Source: Leptogorgia sarmentosa (Eukaryota). From it: a stretch of 64,000 nucleotides of DNA. How positions within the stretch are numbered: the first letter of the stretch is position 1; each line of letters begins with the position of its first letter. A program made the translations under genes and the position numbers. Below are positions 49,592 to 62,699 of the stretch, in pieces. Under the pieces are notes generated by a model. The model made no database searches, was not told the DNA's origin, and saw only the letters and a program-made list of their open reading frames with translations. The stretch spans positions 4,898,001-4,962,000 of the forward strand of contig OZ210885.1 in assembly GCA_964658305.1 (NCBI GenBank), in the 5' to 3' direction.

Positions 49592-51049
49592 GATATGTAT
49601 ATTTGAAACTGAATAGTAATCAGAAATGACTGTGTATTCTTTAAATTCCTAAATTACTAAATAGCTAGCATGCTTTACTTGGTTACATGATAAAGACATT
49701 GACAATTTGTTTCGTTCATTTAAGTTTGTACATACTTTAGAGTTTGATGAAATGTCATATAATATATACTATATCGCAATACGGTTAAATATTAACTTAA
49801 TATTAATGGACCTCTCCTAAGCGGACACCTCCCATAAGCGGACACCATGACTAGGTCCCGAAGGTGTCTGCTTATGGGAGGTTCGACTGTAATGCCATTG
49901 ATAGTAATGGCGAAAACAAAGATCATGAGACAGCAACTACAACATGGGAAAAATGGAAATGTCTCACCCAAAAAAGCTAATATATTCTTTCTAGTTATTA
50001 TTTCTCTGATAGATGCGTTGAAGCCTGAAGGTAACCAACTGACTTAAAACATTTGCACTAAACCACACTAAAACCACCTCAACGATGCAATGTAATATGC
50101 CATAATGTGCATACCAACAAGAGCACTTGCTTATTGAATTATGGGATACCTCCACACCTACCCCCCTCTGGAAAAATTCAAACCCTGGATCACCAACCAC
50201 CCACCAATATAAACCCTGTCCCTGTAAGAATTACTTATTATAAAATGAGACAAAATAAATGTCGTTAGAAATCTGATAAAAATTAAGCTGAAATTAAGGC
50301 AGTGTTGCTATTCTTTATAAAATTGATTGGACAATATTAGATATACTTTCCAGTGAAAACTTTGAGTGCATATCATGCTAGGTGATAAAAGACAACACAG
50401 AATAAATTACTATCTTATGTCCACCAAATCCAGTTTATTAAGAATCAGAATTGTCAAGAAATCTTGATTTCAGGCCTTTCAGCAAAAGTAATTGTCGCAG
50501 GGACATCAAACAACTTTACCAAAAAGTCTTCTGCCTCCCGAATAATCTACTACAATTAGGCTCAAAACCAAAGAGTTAACCTGTAGTCTTCAAGGGATTA
50601 ATATGATCACATTATAATATGGTGATTGCTGTTAATCTGCAAATTCCAGCGAAACCAAGGGCACACAACTGGAGTCCAATCTACAAGTACACTCACTCAC
50701 TCCTGTCATGTCACCACTGGTTAAACGTGTATCGGTGTATGGAATCAAATAAATAAGCAAATTAAGAAGGCGATCATCTCCAGATGTACAATAGCAAATA
50801 ACAAACTAATTAGAGAATGTCAAATTAAATCCCTCAAACAAAATAATAATAAAAAGTACAGACAGGGATTGCAAGACCAATGGAAAATAATAAATAGAAT
50901 GACCGGACGAAATACCACAACTACCAACATTTGCTCAGTGATCGATCCACTCTGACAACCACTATGAAACACCAAAACAAATACTAATACCAGAAGGTAC
51001 TTGACCCTGTATGGTTGAGGTTCATGTGGTAGAGAATTTTCTATGAAAA

Positions 51050-51330
51050 AGAATGGCACCGGGTCCTGACGGCATACCTTAGTTGATATGGAGGGATTAC
51101 ATCTCATACAACACAGCATGCACCATTAATATGCAAACTAGCTAATATCACCCCTGCACCTAAAGAAACTCCCATAACAGAATGTTCTCAACTTAGACCT
51201 ATATCATTAACTAATATAATAAGGATGGTAGAAATGATTGTTTTTAAGCAAGAAATTTCCTCACAAAGTTGTTAATTGATAAAAACCAACATGCTTTCAA
51301 ACAAGGCACAAGCACTGTAACTAATCCTGA
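51050..51330 (+). pseudogene. LINE RT fragment
   Basis: APGPDGIP ... ANITP.PK...CSQLRPISLTNI ... NQHAFKQGTST. Confidence 0.65.
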
Positions 51331-54300
51331 CCCATGTCGGTTGCTCATATATTGAGGAAGGACCAGAAGTTTCCAGAAATAATGAGTGTGTACAACAATT
51401 CCATTACAGAATGTCCAAATACATGCAAAAGCCTTTGAAAACAACTGGTTTATGGTTTATTTGGTTGCTGTGAACAACCAAACAACCAATATTGGAATGT
51501 TGGAAGGGTAAAATCTAGCATAAATTTGCAGAGTATTGAATTTGGTCATCAATTTAGTCATCTTTCTTTAACCATACCGGTACTTTGACAACTGAGGATT
51601 GTTGCCTTCCAGTAAATAACTAAATGTGCTATAATAGCATTGGATATCTGCAATATATTTTAAAACAATAATGTGCTCATACTGTGAAATCAGAGCATCC
51701 CAAGTGTGCACTTGACTAGTAGCTTTAACTTGCGGGTCGATAGTTTAGTTTAGTAGTCCTATTTCAGGTTAGGTATTGTGTTGGAAAACTCAGTGAATGA
51801 TAGAGTACAATAAAGAATATATTAATTTGCCATAATCGAAGAAATATTTTTAAAAAACCGCAGACAGTGTTTACTAAAGGCAGAAATAACATTCAAAGGC
51901 AATTATTTAGGCCTTCACGATTCAAATCGCTAAAAAATATGAATAGGATATTTATAGGCACGCCACAGGCGACTTCTACGGTAAATATACAATTGATATC
52001 AAATAGTACTAAAATGAAAGTCGTCGATATTTGATTAAAAATACAAATTTTATTGAAACGAATTACAATTTCATGTGTTTCTTTGTTTTTGAATTGAAAT
52101 TAGACATTTTTCTCATGGAAAACGACACTATTTATAGATTCGGTTTTTGTTTAAAATTACGACATAATTTGCATTCCGCCATATTGGATTTTTAGTTCTT
52201 CTCCGTCAGAAGACTCAGAACAATAGAACAGTTGTTTTCCTAGTCTTTAGAACATGGAGGTTGTTCGAAGGCTTGTAGTGTAAACAGCTGTTAAAAATCG
52301 ATTTTCTTGAGTCTGTCTTTTTTTTTATTATTGAATGACTTAACTAAAAGTAGCTACTATCATAAATTAAGTATGTTGATAGTTTTTAGGACCTAAAATT
52401 TGTTTTAATTCAAGTTAGCAATGCGTGTACGTTGGTGCGTGAATTTTTGTGTATATGTATATTTTAGGTATATGCATTGCGATATTTATTTACCTTAAGA
52501 TTGCGAGAAATTCGTTGCATTCGCGTCTCAACTACCTAATATAATTTAGTTATTGTTCATTCTTAGTTTATTTCCTGAAATTTCTATTTTGTTGTAATAA
52601 ATCGATATCAAAGGGTTACAATATTTTTTTGCATTGGAAACAAGACGCTCTCATAACTGATACAGAAATTAAGGGTTTCAAACGACATTTTCGAGATAAC
52701 CCTCTGTCATCTACAGATTTGTTTTCAAATTTTGTTACAAGACAGCTAATTTGTAATGCAAATATTATATTCATTTGTATTTATCATTGTATTTGCTGTG
52801 CAATACTTTTTTAATAAGGCTTGTCAATTGGTTTGTGGAAGTCATTTGTTTCTGGTGTTTTGTTCTGGTGTTGAATTGTTTTGTTTGCTTTGGTTATTCT
52901 TACCAGCCTGGAATACATGGACTAGGCGTTTGTGTTTGGGTACATTTTGTGATGTGGTAATAGGTGCAGTATTTGATGCGACGGTGTGATTGGTGTATGT
53001 ATTTGTTTGAGTGTGTTTGGACAAATGTCAGTGTGTGTTCACATGTAGATTGTTATTTGTGTGCAATAGCAAACAAACAAATCCCATATAAAATGAACTG
53101 TCCATTTACATGGAATACACCAGGCTATTTCATATTATATCACATGGTGTTATAATGGCATCACTACTAACCCACTTTTTTCTTTGGATGAAATGTTTAG
53201 AAGTAATTGACAGACGACGAAAAATATAGAAATTTGAAATCTTGAGCTTGCAATGATATATATAGATGCTAACATCACATATTCGGGTATAAACAAGCGC
53301 TGTAATAAACAATGTTGTTAACCTGCTTTATAAGCAAAGATTCTAACATTGTTGATTTCGAAATTATCTTTGAATATTTTTTGAGATCTAAATGTTAGGG
53401 CAAGTGGTGCTTGCCTGCGCTTGCTGGACCGCACGCCACTGTCACTACTACATTAGTTTTTTTAGTGTGTCTAGTTATGCAGTGAGGAGTGTTAGTTACG
53501 TGGTGAAGAGACGAAGAGACTGTAGTTTGTAAACCTTGCATGGTTTGTAGTTGGCAGCCAAATATATTACTTGTGGGAATGTTACCCACTGTGATTGATC
53601 ATTTAACAAATTCAGAATAATTTCCACAGGCGAATGGCAAAGGAAATTTTTAGCTTTTGCAAGCTGGAAAAACGTGGATTATTTTTATGGTTAGGAATGT
53701 TTGTTATGTAGCTTTGAACAATCATGTAGCTCTCAAACTTATCCACCAAAAGTGATATCTCATTGAGACATTTGATATTCCTTGGAAGCCAAATCTCTTT
53801 CTGTGAAGATAGAACTCTGTGTTTTGAATATGAACTTGAACTTCCTTCTGGATAGGAAATTTCTATATTTTCAGGGGGCTCGCCGCCTGAAATTCTTGGT
53901 TTTTGAATTCATGTCGTAATATTGGTTTTATACATAGTTGATTCGTGTAAATTCAACATGCTATATACCATTTTAAAGCTTATGAGATGGTTAAAACAAA
54001 TAACATACTTAGAAATTGCTGATGACTATATGTATTTGAAAAAAGCTTTCAAACATGATAACATGCATTTTATGGTAATAGTGAAGTATCTCTAATTGTT
54101 CTCTCACATAATGACATGAAAACTGCTTGTACTGCTAAAATATCATACACCCTTAGCTCACTTTACATATTCTTGGTGCTATTCCTGATGATTTAAGCTA
54201 GTGGTACATCTTCATCATAAGTGTCTGAATCATTGTTCAGTACTAATTGAGCAAGAGGACAATAACTTCTAATGAACAACGCAGCAAGTTGGTGTTGATA

Positions 54301-57300
54301 TTGAGTTATATGAACATGGACCCAGTCAAACTTACAAGGAACTGTATTCAGCATAGTGAATAGTAAGGAACTCTGACCACAATGCCCAATGTCAAAAATA
54401 TCATCAGTCTTGTTGCTGCCGCAGCGAGTGAGACCGAAGCAAGCGAGCAAGGCAGCAGATCCTAATTTTGTTACGTGAATCGAAATCAAAATTTTCTGTT
54501 GGCGCATTGCATGACGGTACCAGTATATTTAAGATGTTCGACCCGCATTTGCAGGACTTCTCTCAACTGTAAATTCTTACCATGCTGCAACATGGTCTCG
54601 CTATCCTTTCTTTTCCTTTGTGCAACACGGTCTCGCTATCATTTCTTTTCGGTCGACAGGTTTGAAATATTGTATTTCTCAGTTGACAGGTTTTAGATTT
54701 CTTGGTCGGCCGGTTTTGAATTTTGCGATGCCTCTCAATTGCAATTTATTAATTGTTTTTCACTAAGAACATGCATTATTGATTATACCAGCTTTGTTTT
54801 GTGGAATGCATGGTCATGCATGGATTTCATGTCATGCATGTGTTTCATTTCCGGTTGTTATCTCCATAGATAATTCCGTTGGAGATTATAAAAATTAATC
54901 CTCTTATTACAAATTACTTTTAAAGTACTTGGAAGGATTTTATATACTTCAAATGCTGAATGATTTTGACTTTCTAGTTTTGTACCTTGCACTACCATTA
55001 CAAGTCGCAATGTGCATGCTGCTAAAAATCATCAGTACTATTTGATGTTATTGAAGGACAGTAAAACACTAGTACACTAGTGACATTGGATTTTCAACTC
55101 ACTGTTGCTGATATGTACGCTGCGTTTTATATGAATAACCGCTCAATTAGAAAGCATTGAATAAGAATTTGACGAAATTCTGCATCTCAAAAATTTAAAT
55201 GAGGACGAAATAGACTCAGATCTATTGAAATGAAATATGCGAAGACGCATACATTTTAGTTAGAACAGCATAACCGTATTTTACTGTCAATCTATAGTAT
55301 AGCGGTTTTAAAATTCATGCTAATTGTAATTTTCACTTTTGCTAAAATTATAAAAGTTTTCTTTTCAACTTATTCGTACGCTAATACACTTTTGTCGCCA
55401 AGTAATCCGATCAAGCTAGCTGCATATAATTTTATAAGTTGGCATGTGTTATAACTTAAGATAACAAGATTGTATGAATTACGTTTTTCTCTTTTACGAT
55501 ACCTCACTATATAACACGTGATATACACATACATACACAGATCTTCAAATAACTCTTGTTGTTAACCACGTAACACAAACGTAATAACTCTGTTATTACA
55601 CCTCTGATGAACTACAACACAAACATGACAGTGTTGTTGCAAACACTTCTTTCGTTTTATAGGATGAGTTGGTAGGTAACCATTGTAAGACTTCAACAGG
55701 AACAGTGTAATGTATATAGCTACGGTTTTTATCGTAACTGTTACTGTTTAGATATTAGACAATATTGCAATAATAAATATATACATTACACTTAACTTTC
55801 ACCAACTAACTCATTCTGTAAAATTGTCATAATAATTCATTGTGGGATTTGTGTTGCCTGTCGTTTATCCCATACGTTGTCCTTAATTCTATTCGTAGCA
55901 TGTGGAATTTTTTCTTTTGTGCTTTCACCCATCGTTGGAATAGGTTGTTGTTGAGAATGTTGGCACTCAGTGTTTCGTCGGTTTTTGTTGTGCTAGTGTT
56001 TTTGTTGGTTGTTTGATGCTTTTCAGCCCTTTATTGTTTGTATTAGTGTGTGTTTGGTGATGTTGTTGGGCGATTTGTGTTTCATCCTAGTGTTTGTATT
56101 CCGTAATCTTTTCAGTTTTCTTTTGTATTTACTAGTGATCTTGTTGTGGTTGTGTATTTTAAACAAAGTGTTCTGTTTTGTCTATTATTTTCTGTGCTGT
56201 GTTTTCATTGCATTTCATTTTAACTTGGTCTGTCCTGTGTTGTAGTTTGTGTCTTTAATCATGTGTTGGTGGTAGTCGATTGTGATCAGGGAAATTCGTG
56301 ACTGATGCAAGGAGAAAACCTTCACCGAAATAGGGGGTCCAGGGGGAAATGCCCCCGGAAAATTTTTTAATTTGGACCTCGCAAATGCCATTTCCTGCGT
56401 TCTGAGCAAACCTTTTGTGCAGAAGCTCGCATTTCAAACTGTGTAAAATAAAGGCGCATTTAGCGAAAAAAATAATGTGGATACAATTTCTTGTCAACAA
56501 TAGGATGACGCTAATATATGTCGAAACACTTCACGTTACAAATACTATAGCATGTAAACAATGTTATTTCCCACACGGTGGCTTCGCATTCATTGGCAGC
56601 TTGTCCCATTACTGAATAAATCATGTCTAAATACGTTCGTATAACCATGACCAAACAAAAATATCTTGCCTAAATAAGTAGAATCCCTCAATCACGATAC
56701 TATTGTGCAGATATTTTTGAATATCTCTGATCGAAGGTTAATATAAACCACCACTATTGACGTGCCAATATTGCAAATCCTTTAGGAATATTATTATCAT
56801 TGCAGGCATAATATATGCTCATATCTACACACGACTTAACCTGAGTTGACCAGTGAAATATAACAATGTTCAATGAAATCGAAACCTAAAATGATATATT
56901 TTAGATATACACACTACCTCACAGGCTGGCGAGATCGACTTTCTTCGACGCTCAGACACCATAGTATAGTATAGTTAGACTATAGTATTATCACAGGTTA
57001 GTGATTAATCTGTGGGATTATATTCCGACAATTTTCATGCAAGACGCAATGCTATTGGTTTGCATCAGTCAGAAGTCTCTTCTCATTGGCTTGAATCAGT
57101 CAGTTTGAATTCACTGTTGCAAGTGAACGGTTCCCGCATCAGCATGCATCATTTGACAAGTATAGCGCGCTCAGCGAGCACTGAGGCCTGTGGGCGTGCA
57201 TAATGAAGTGTTTTTCTGAGGGTACTTCAAGTAATTCACATAAAGGGCATTGAAGTTTTAAACTGGGCGAAGATAATGCGTAATTTATCGCTTCGAATGA

Positions 57301-57379
57301 CCACAAAACAATATTAGGCTTTATTTTGTCACGTTCATTCTTGTTTGTCAATGTTGTGACAAAGTGAATAAAAATTTAA

Positions 57380-57900
57380 TATATTCGAATTAACGCTTTT
57401 CAGTCAGAATTTGACTGTTGCTCAAGCATCTGTTGCATCAGTCGGCATCTGTTAGAATGCTCTCCCAGCGCTCTCCAAATTGCTTATGTAGGTCGAAAGT
57501 GCATTTGTGGTTGAGTTTCAGTCCAGTCCTGATGGTAGTGTATTTGTGCTCTATTAGTTGATCCACTTTAGTTTCATGTTTGTTAAGTTTGAGTGTGTAT
57601 ATAATTCGAAATGATGTTAGTAGGTTTGGAGGTACGTCTATGAAGGTAGTTTCGTCCTATTATCGGTGAAGGGGGTTGCTAGTTGGGTGCAGGGTGTGGT
57701 TAGTGGTTTGTTGGGTGTTAATATTGGGAGTAATGTTATTGTTTTCTCTAAGGGGTGTGGGTATTGTTTTCTTCTAAGGGGTGTGGGGGTTGTTAGTGCT
57801 GTCATCGTCTTCCATGTTGGGTTGATCAGTAATGTTGGTGGTGCTGGTTATATTTAATTTTTTCTCATGGTTGTGTTCTGCGTTGTGAAATATGTTCATG
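57380..57900 (-). mobile_element. Possible Penelope-like element N-terminal remnant
   Basis: A/C-rich minus strand; peptide TGLKLNHKCTF.....RWESIL.DA resembles Penelope N-terminal regions. No RT or GIY-YIG seen. Confidence 0.3.
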
Positions 57901-58490
57901 TCGTGTTCGTCCAAAAGAAGGCTGTCGTCAATGTCAACATTGTCTCATATACCCATTCATTTCGCATACTATTTACACATATTTACTTACCATTGTCTTT
58001 CAGCATGCCCAGTTACCACACACACACAACAATGCAAAAACATGCACATAGACTTTGAGGAAATTGGGAGTGATTTGTCACTGTCAAGATTTGCATCTTC
58101 TGTTCATGCAACAAATTCCATTGAGCTCCAAGGCCATGTGTCAGATTCCTTAAACGAGGTTTTGTTCTCAGGAGAATTATATTTTTGGACACCCTTTTTT
58201 TCCTATGTTTCCATCAGTGTGTTGAGTGCGCTTTTGTGTTCATAACCTCTTAGGAGGCATACTAAAATGAGAAACCTAAGAGAGTAGCTTGCAAAGGTGA
58301 AACTAAATATACCCAAAATTTTGCAATGACTTGAGGTGGCTCCCTACAGTTACTACCTTGTAGCACGCTTTTTGCGTTATGGTCCGTCATTTCTTCATTT
58401 TATAAGGCATTGTCACGAAACTTGCCAGTAACATAGCCCCAATAATGGGGATTGCAAAAAAGTAATGGAGAATCAATTATTTTTGAGGTC

Positions 58491-59300
58491 TTACTGTTCA
58501 GTAGTTTTTTGTTTTTTGGCAGCAGTGTCTTCTTGTTGGGCTACTTCTTGCATAGAATCGTCACAACAGTGTACCACATGCTGGATTATTTTCCGATGTA
58601 CATCCACTCGGACATGATATTGAGTTGTTAAAAGAAATAGCATATCTTCAGGATCTGGATTGTCCTTCAGATCATGCCAGTTGAACAAATGCAAAATTGG
58701 CTAATCAAGAAATTAGAGTTAAAGCAAGAAATTATATTCTTGAAAGAAATGTTAACACATTAGATTTTTACCAAGATATCTACATAACATATAATTACCT
58801 GTGTGAAAGCTGTGAACCACTGCTGCCTTGGTTCTGTAAAAAGAAGCATGCAGCGTGCATCCTTGCTGCAATTTTGTTTCAAACTTGCTTTAGCAATTTT
58901 GTTTCAAACTTGCTTTACATTTCGCACATACAATGACCATTTGTTGGAATTGGAAGTCATCAGGATTGTGGTTGCAGTTTATGCCTTTAGGGAAAGTGGT
59001 ATATTTTTTCAGCGCTTTCACACGCATGTATGAGGAGATAACTTTGCTTGGTTCAGGTAACACTGCTTCGCTTACTTCAATTGGTTCGCTGATGATGGCG
59101 AAGGTCATTTCGGGCAATGCATTGCCACTGATCGTTCCGTTCCATTTGGGGAGACTTAGATTTTGGATGCTGATGACATTGCCAATGTTCACATTTGTGC
59201 TGGTTGCTTGATCATTCCAAAGAGCAATACTGATTGATGCAGTGGTATCTGAAAGTAATGTTTCTTTTCTTCTTGGATGGATAATGTGAACCCCTCCATA
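58491..59300 (-). pseudogene. RPA-like OB-fold/Zn-ribbon protein fragment
   Basis: Across a frameshift: SDTTASISIALWND...GNVISIQNL...WNG, then NC(N)H...VCAKC. Confidence 0.5.
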
Positions 59301-59334
59301 TCTTCTTTCTTTTTTTTATAAATAAAAATAATAA

Positions 59335-59885
59335 CTCCTTTATGAGCAACGAGGTGTTGGAACAGGCCCTTCCTGGTAATATCATGCACTACTACGGGTA
59401 GCTGAAGGTCTCTAAGTGGAGATTCTACACATATCTCATATGCTTGGGATTTTCCTACTCCTGGCTCGCTCAAACATACCGTGAAAAGGTTACAAGGTTT
59501 GCTGTACCTATTTCGTATCCTGAGTTTGGTGTTGGGCCCCATTAATGTTGACACCACTGGAAAAGCTCCAATCAATGTTATCACAGACACTTTTTAGAGT
59601 CGTAGTATAGGCATATTATAATACCGATCAATTAGAAAAGGTATGCGCTCCTGTAAGTATAAGACACAGCTTATTTTAACTATATATACTATTCGCTAAT
59701 ATTTATTTGTCATGCCTAACACTAAAACTTACAAGCAGAAACGCCTTTCGTTGTTCTGCAAAGAAGTCGATCACTGCAAATCTCGTTGCTTATTACACAA
59801 GGCGTTTCAAGTTCCGTTTCATCCTGGTTGATGTAATGAGCTTCCACATTTAAAAGCATGTGAAGAACACAAGCAAGTCTGATAT
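59335..59885 (-). pseudogene. DUF3987/YfjI-like P-loop NTPase fragments
   Basis: NLFTVCLSEPGVGKSQA (Walker A), D.T.KGL.QHL, and a separate exon RLACVLH. Confidence 0.55.
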
Positions 59886-60346
59886 AGAAAAGAAGAAAAG
59901 CAAAATACAATTAATGCAAAAAGAATACATTCAACATTTAACTTTCAGTATATGTTATGTATATCATATATATATATATATATATAATCGAACACGAAAC
60001 CCGAAGCAGTGAGAAAAACAAGTATGATCAGATTTTGTACATCGTGCACCATGCACTCATCGTGAGAGAAAGTGTGGTGCGAGCCTGATGATTTTTTTTT
60101 ATCTTTTCACATGTTGTCACTTGTCTGTGCACATGCTAGCTTTCTCCCACTGGTCATTCATCATCTTGGATAATTTGTTGGAATGGTCGACCTATAATTT
60201 TTTTGCATCGCTCGAAAAGACATGTGCACGCCCCTCTTCATGAATATCGCAGATGGATTTGTATATTTCTAAAAAATGGAATAGAATAGAATAATTATAT
60301 AATTTATATATATTTAGCCTTAAATACGGAATTGATGATTGGTCAT

Positions 60347-60985
60347 CTAACCACTCATACCCGTAGTTTTACTTTTGGGGAAACAATAATGCTTGTCAGG
60401 CCTGAAAACATTTTTGATAAGATCATAAATATCAGTTCTGCCCATACTTCTAACTTTGTATTTAAATAAAGCCACATCAAAATATGATTCTGGCTTTTGG
60501 GGAGTTTCCCCATTAATTGTTCCAGCAGTGACTATATTGTTGTCTTCAGTGTTAACTGAAGGTGCTAGGTTTATCAAAATCTAATTTACTAAGTTGTGTA
60601 AGAGACGGTGATTCATTAGTATTATATGGCAAACCAAGATGGGAGGCTTTCTGTGTAGCACTAACAAACTGAGTATATCACCAGTTCTGGAAACATTCTT
60701 AGAAATAAATTTTTGTCTCTTGCCCAATGTAGACAAAGGAGCAGGAGGTTTTCACTTCTGCTGATGTGGATGGAAAAGAAGAGGAACAAAATGATTAGGC
60801 CGAAAAGTTTCCCCACTCTTAATAATACCTTCATAGCAAAATAAAATGTGAAGATCATACATTAATTGCATTCCTTCGAGTGAGTGTGGCTTTACCATAC
60901 AGTTAAACAAAGTCTTACATCTAAACTTGCCACAATCAGGGTAATATGTGAATATATTTCTATTCAAGGCTGAAGAAAGCATCCT
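60347..60985 (-). pseudogene. Vertnin-like (OTU-like) region followed by the pre-zinc-finger segment of a hAT transposase
   Basis: LSSAL.RNIFTYYP...LFN...P...LHILF...FRPNHFVPL, then FDVA...YDLIKNVFRPDKHYCFPK. Confidence 0.55.
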
Positions 60986-61299
60986 ATTTACATCGGTTTT
61001 ACCTGCACTCTTGAGGTCTGGAAGTCTGTCTGGCAGCTACTTTCGAGTAAAGGATAAGAATGAGTGGCTGGGCTGGGTTGGGACATGAAATCACCCAAAA
61101 GTAGCCTATATACGGAGCGGTGTGCAGGTAAGACAGGGAGTATCACTACAAAAGTCTGTGTGCAATTGTCTTACTCCATCTTTATCAAAATGACAATTAT
61201 ACTAGTGCTGTGCGCTCTCTTATATTGCTAGGTAAGACCGCTGAAAATAGTATCCTATTTACAACGGTCTTACCTGCACTCTTGAGGTCTGCAAGTCTG
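60981..61299. repeat. ~48-bp direct repeat pair with internal inverted GGTAAGAC/GTCTTACC motifs
   Basis: ATCCTATTTACA.CGGT.TTACCTGCACTCTTGAGGTCTG.AAGTCTG at ~60981 and ~61252; GTGCAGGTAAGAC at ~61123; hairpin at ~61231-61274. Confidence 0.7.
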
Positions 61300-62699
61300 G
61301 TGGCTACACATAGTTTTAAGAATCTTCCGAATGAAACCGTGTAGCCCTAAATCAAATCCAAAACTCAAACCTCGAATTGCCACACCCCGAGAAAACCCAA
61401 ACCTCAGTATAAGACACAGAAGAAATATAATTGAATGTAGAAAACCAGTTACAATAACTGAGTATCTTATGAACAGAGTATAACTGAGAAAGTGTAGGAT
61501 TAAAGCAAAAATGTATGTTGCTCGACAATAGCTGAGTCTAGTATTGCCAGTTCTCTCCTCTCACTCCTTAATGGATAGCAAATATTTTCCAATTATCTAC
61601 AAAATACAAAACCGTTAATGCCCTCTCAAATCTTATCTTGTCGCATAATATCTTGCCATCATTTTGCCTGCTCAATATCCTGCAGGACTCTCTTTCCAAA
61701 ATCATCTCAGCCAATTCAGTAAAATCTCTGCTGCTACTTTCACATCCATCTTTACACATATGCAGTTGCACACTGACATGTGCGGTCGTATGCTGACAGA
61801 TAACATTTTTGCTTATGTTTTCCAACCAACATCCGTAGTCTTCCGTTTTCATCTTTGCACAGTGTTCGTATGCCATTCCGACGTGGTTGCCGCATGTTTC
61901 CAACCACCCCAACTTCCTAAAAAATACGCAATTTAAAATATCCAATTCTGTCATGATTTATCAGATGATTGTATCTGATCTCTCAAAACTCACTTTTCAG
62001 TGTCTAATAAAATAGAACCCATGTATCTGTGGTACAATCATACTCACTAAACCGCCAGGAAATGGAGATGTACACCCCATTGAGAGTCGCTTTAAAATAA
62101 ATTCTTTTTCTTTCCATTCATATTGGTGGAAAAGAGTATTTCCCATGACTCCCGATTTCGTTCCTAACCACCATCCAAAAATGATTCTACAAAAGGCAAC
62201 AAATACGATTTTGTGGGTCAATATTGCTTATCGTTTGTAAATCAGAGATACATATCATTGCCAAGTTAATTAACAGTGGATGTTGATAGAAGTTGATGTA
62301 TGATGGCATGGGTATAACATACCTCCACTACTGACTACTTGCTAAGATGTTTGTACTGTAGTTTTTTGCTAAGTACGAACAACTACAATAGTGTTTTTAA
62401 CTTATCCGACCATCCTTGTAAGTATTAACAATCCTGCAAAACTGCAGAACAGTAACTAATCTCAGAATTGTTTGTAAAATGTTAGTAAGAAATATCTACC
62501 TGTAGAAGGTCATCCTGGTTGAATGTGTCTATACCACAGCACCAGCGTTTAGGAACTTTTTCCTTTTCGACGAAAACAGCGCAGTGCATGTTGTAACGTT
62601 TTTGGTTGCAAATTTGATGTGATTATGGCAGTTGCACCTTTACTCCGCGATACAAAGTCATTGCAAATCTATTTGTTTATCATATCTTTAGGTAAATGT

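Larger units (their letters stand above)
40893..49889 (+). mobile_element. pogo/Tigger (Tc1/mariner superfamily) DNA transposon, both TIRs, TA target duplication; ~3.2 kb after removing the AcademH insert
   Basis: TA|CAGTCGAACCTC...CAGACACCT at left and AGGTGTCTG...GAGGTTCGACTG|TA at right. TAAGCGGACACC subterminal repeats at both ends. Confidence 0.92.

Noticed and set aside
55595..55660. Hammerhead ribozyme (CTGATGA followed by a CAACAC/GTGTTG stem)
   Set aside because: The required GAAA is CAAA, and I could not form stems I and III with a cleavage triplet; at best a dead remnant.
52750..56290. Hydrophobic 'membrane protein' ORFs at ~52756-53155 and 56009-56245
   Set aside because: They derive from T/G-rich low-complexity strand bias and have no recognisable motifs.
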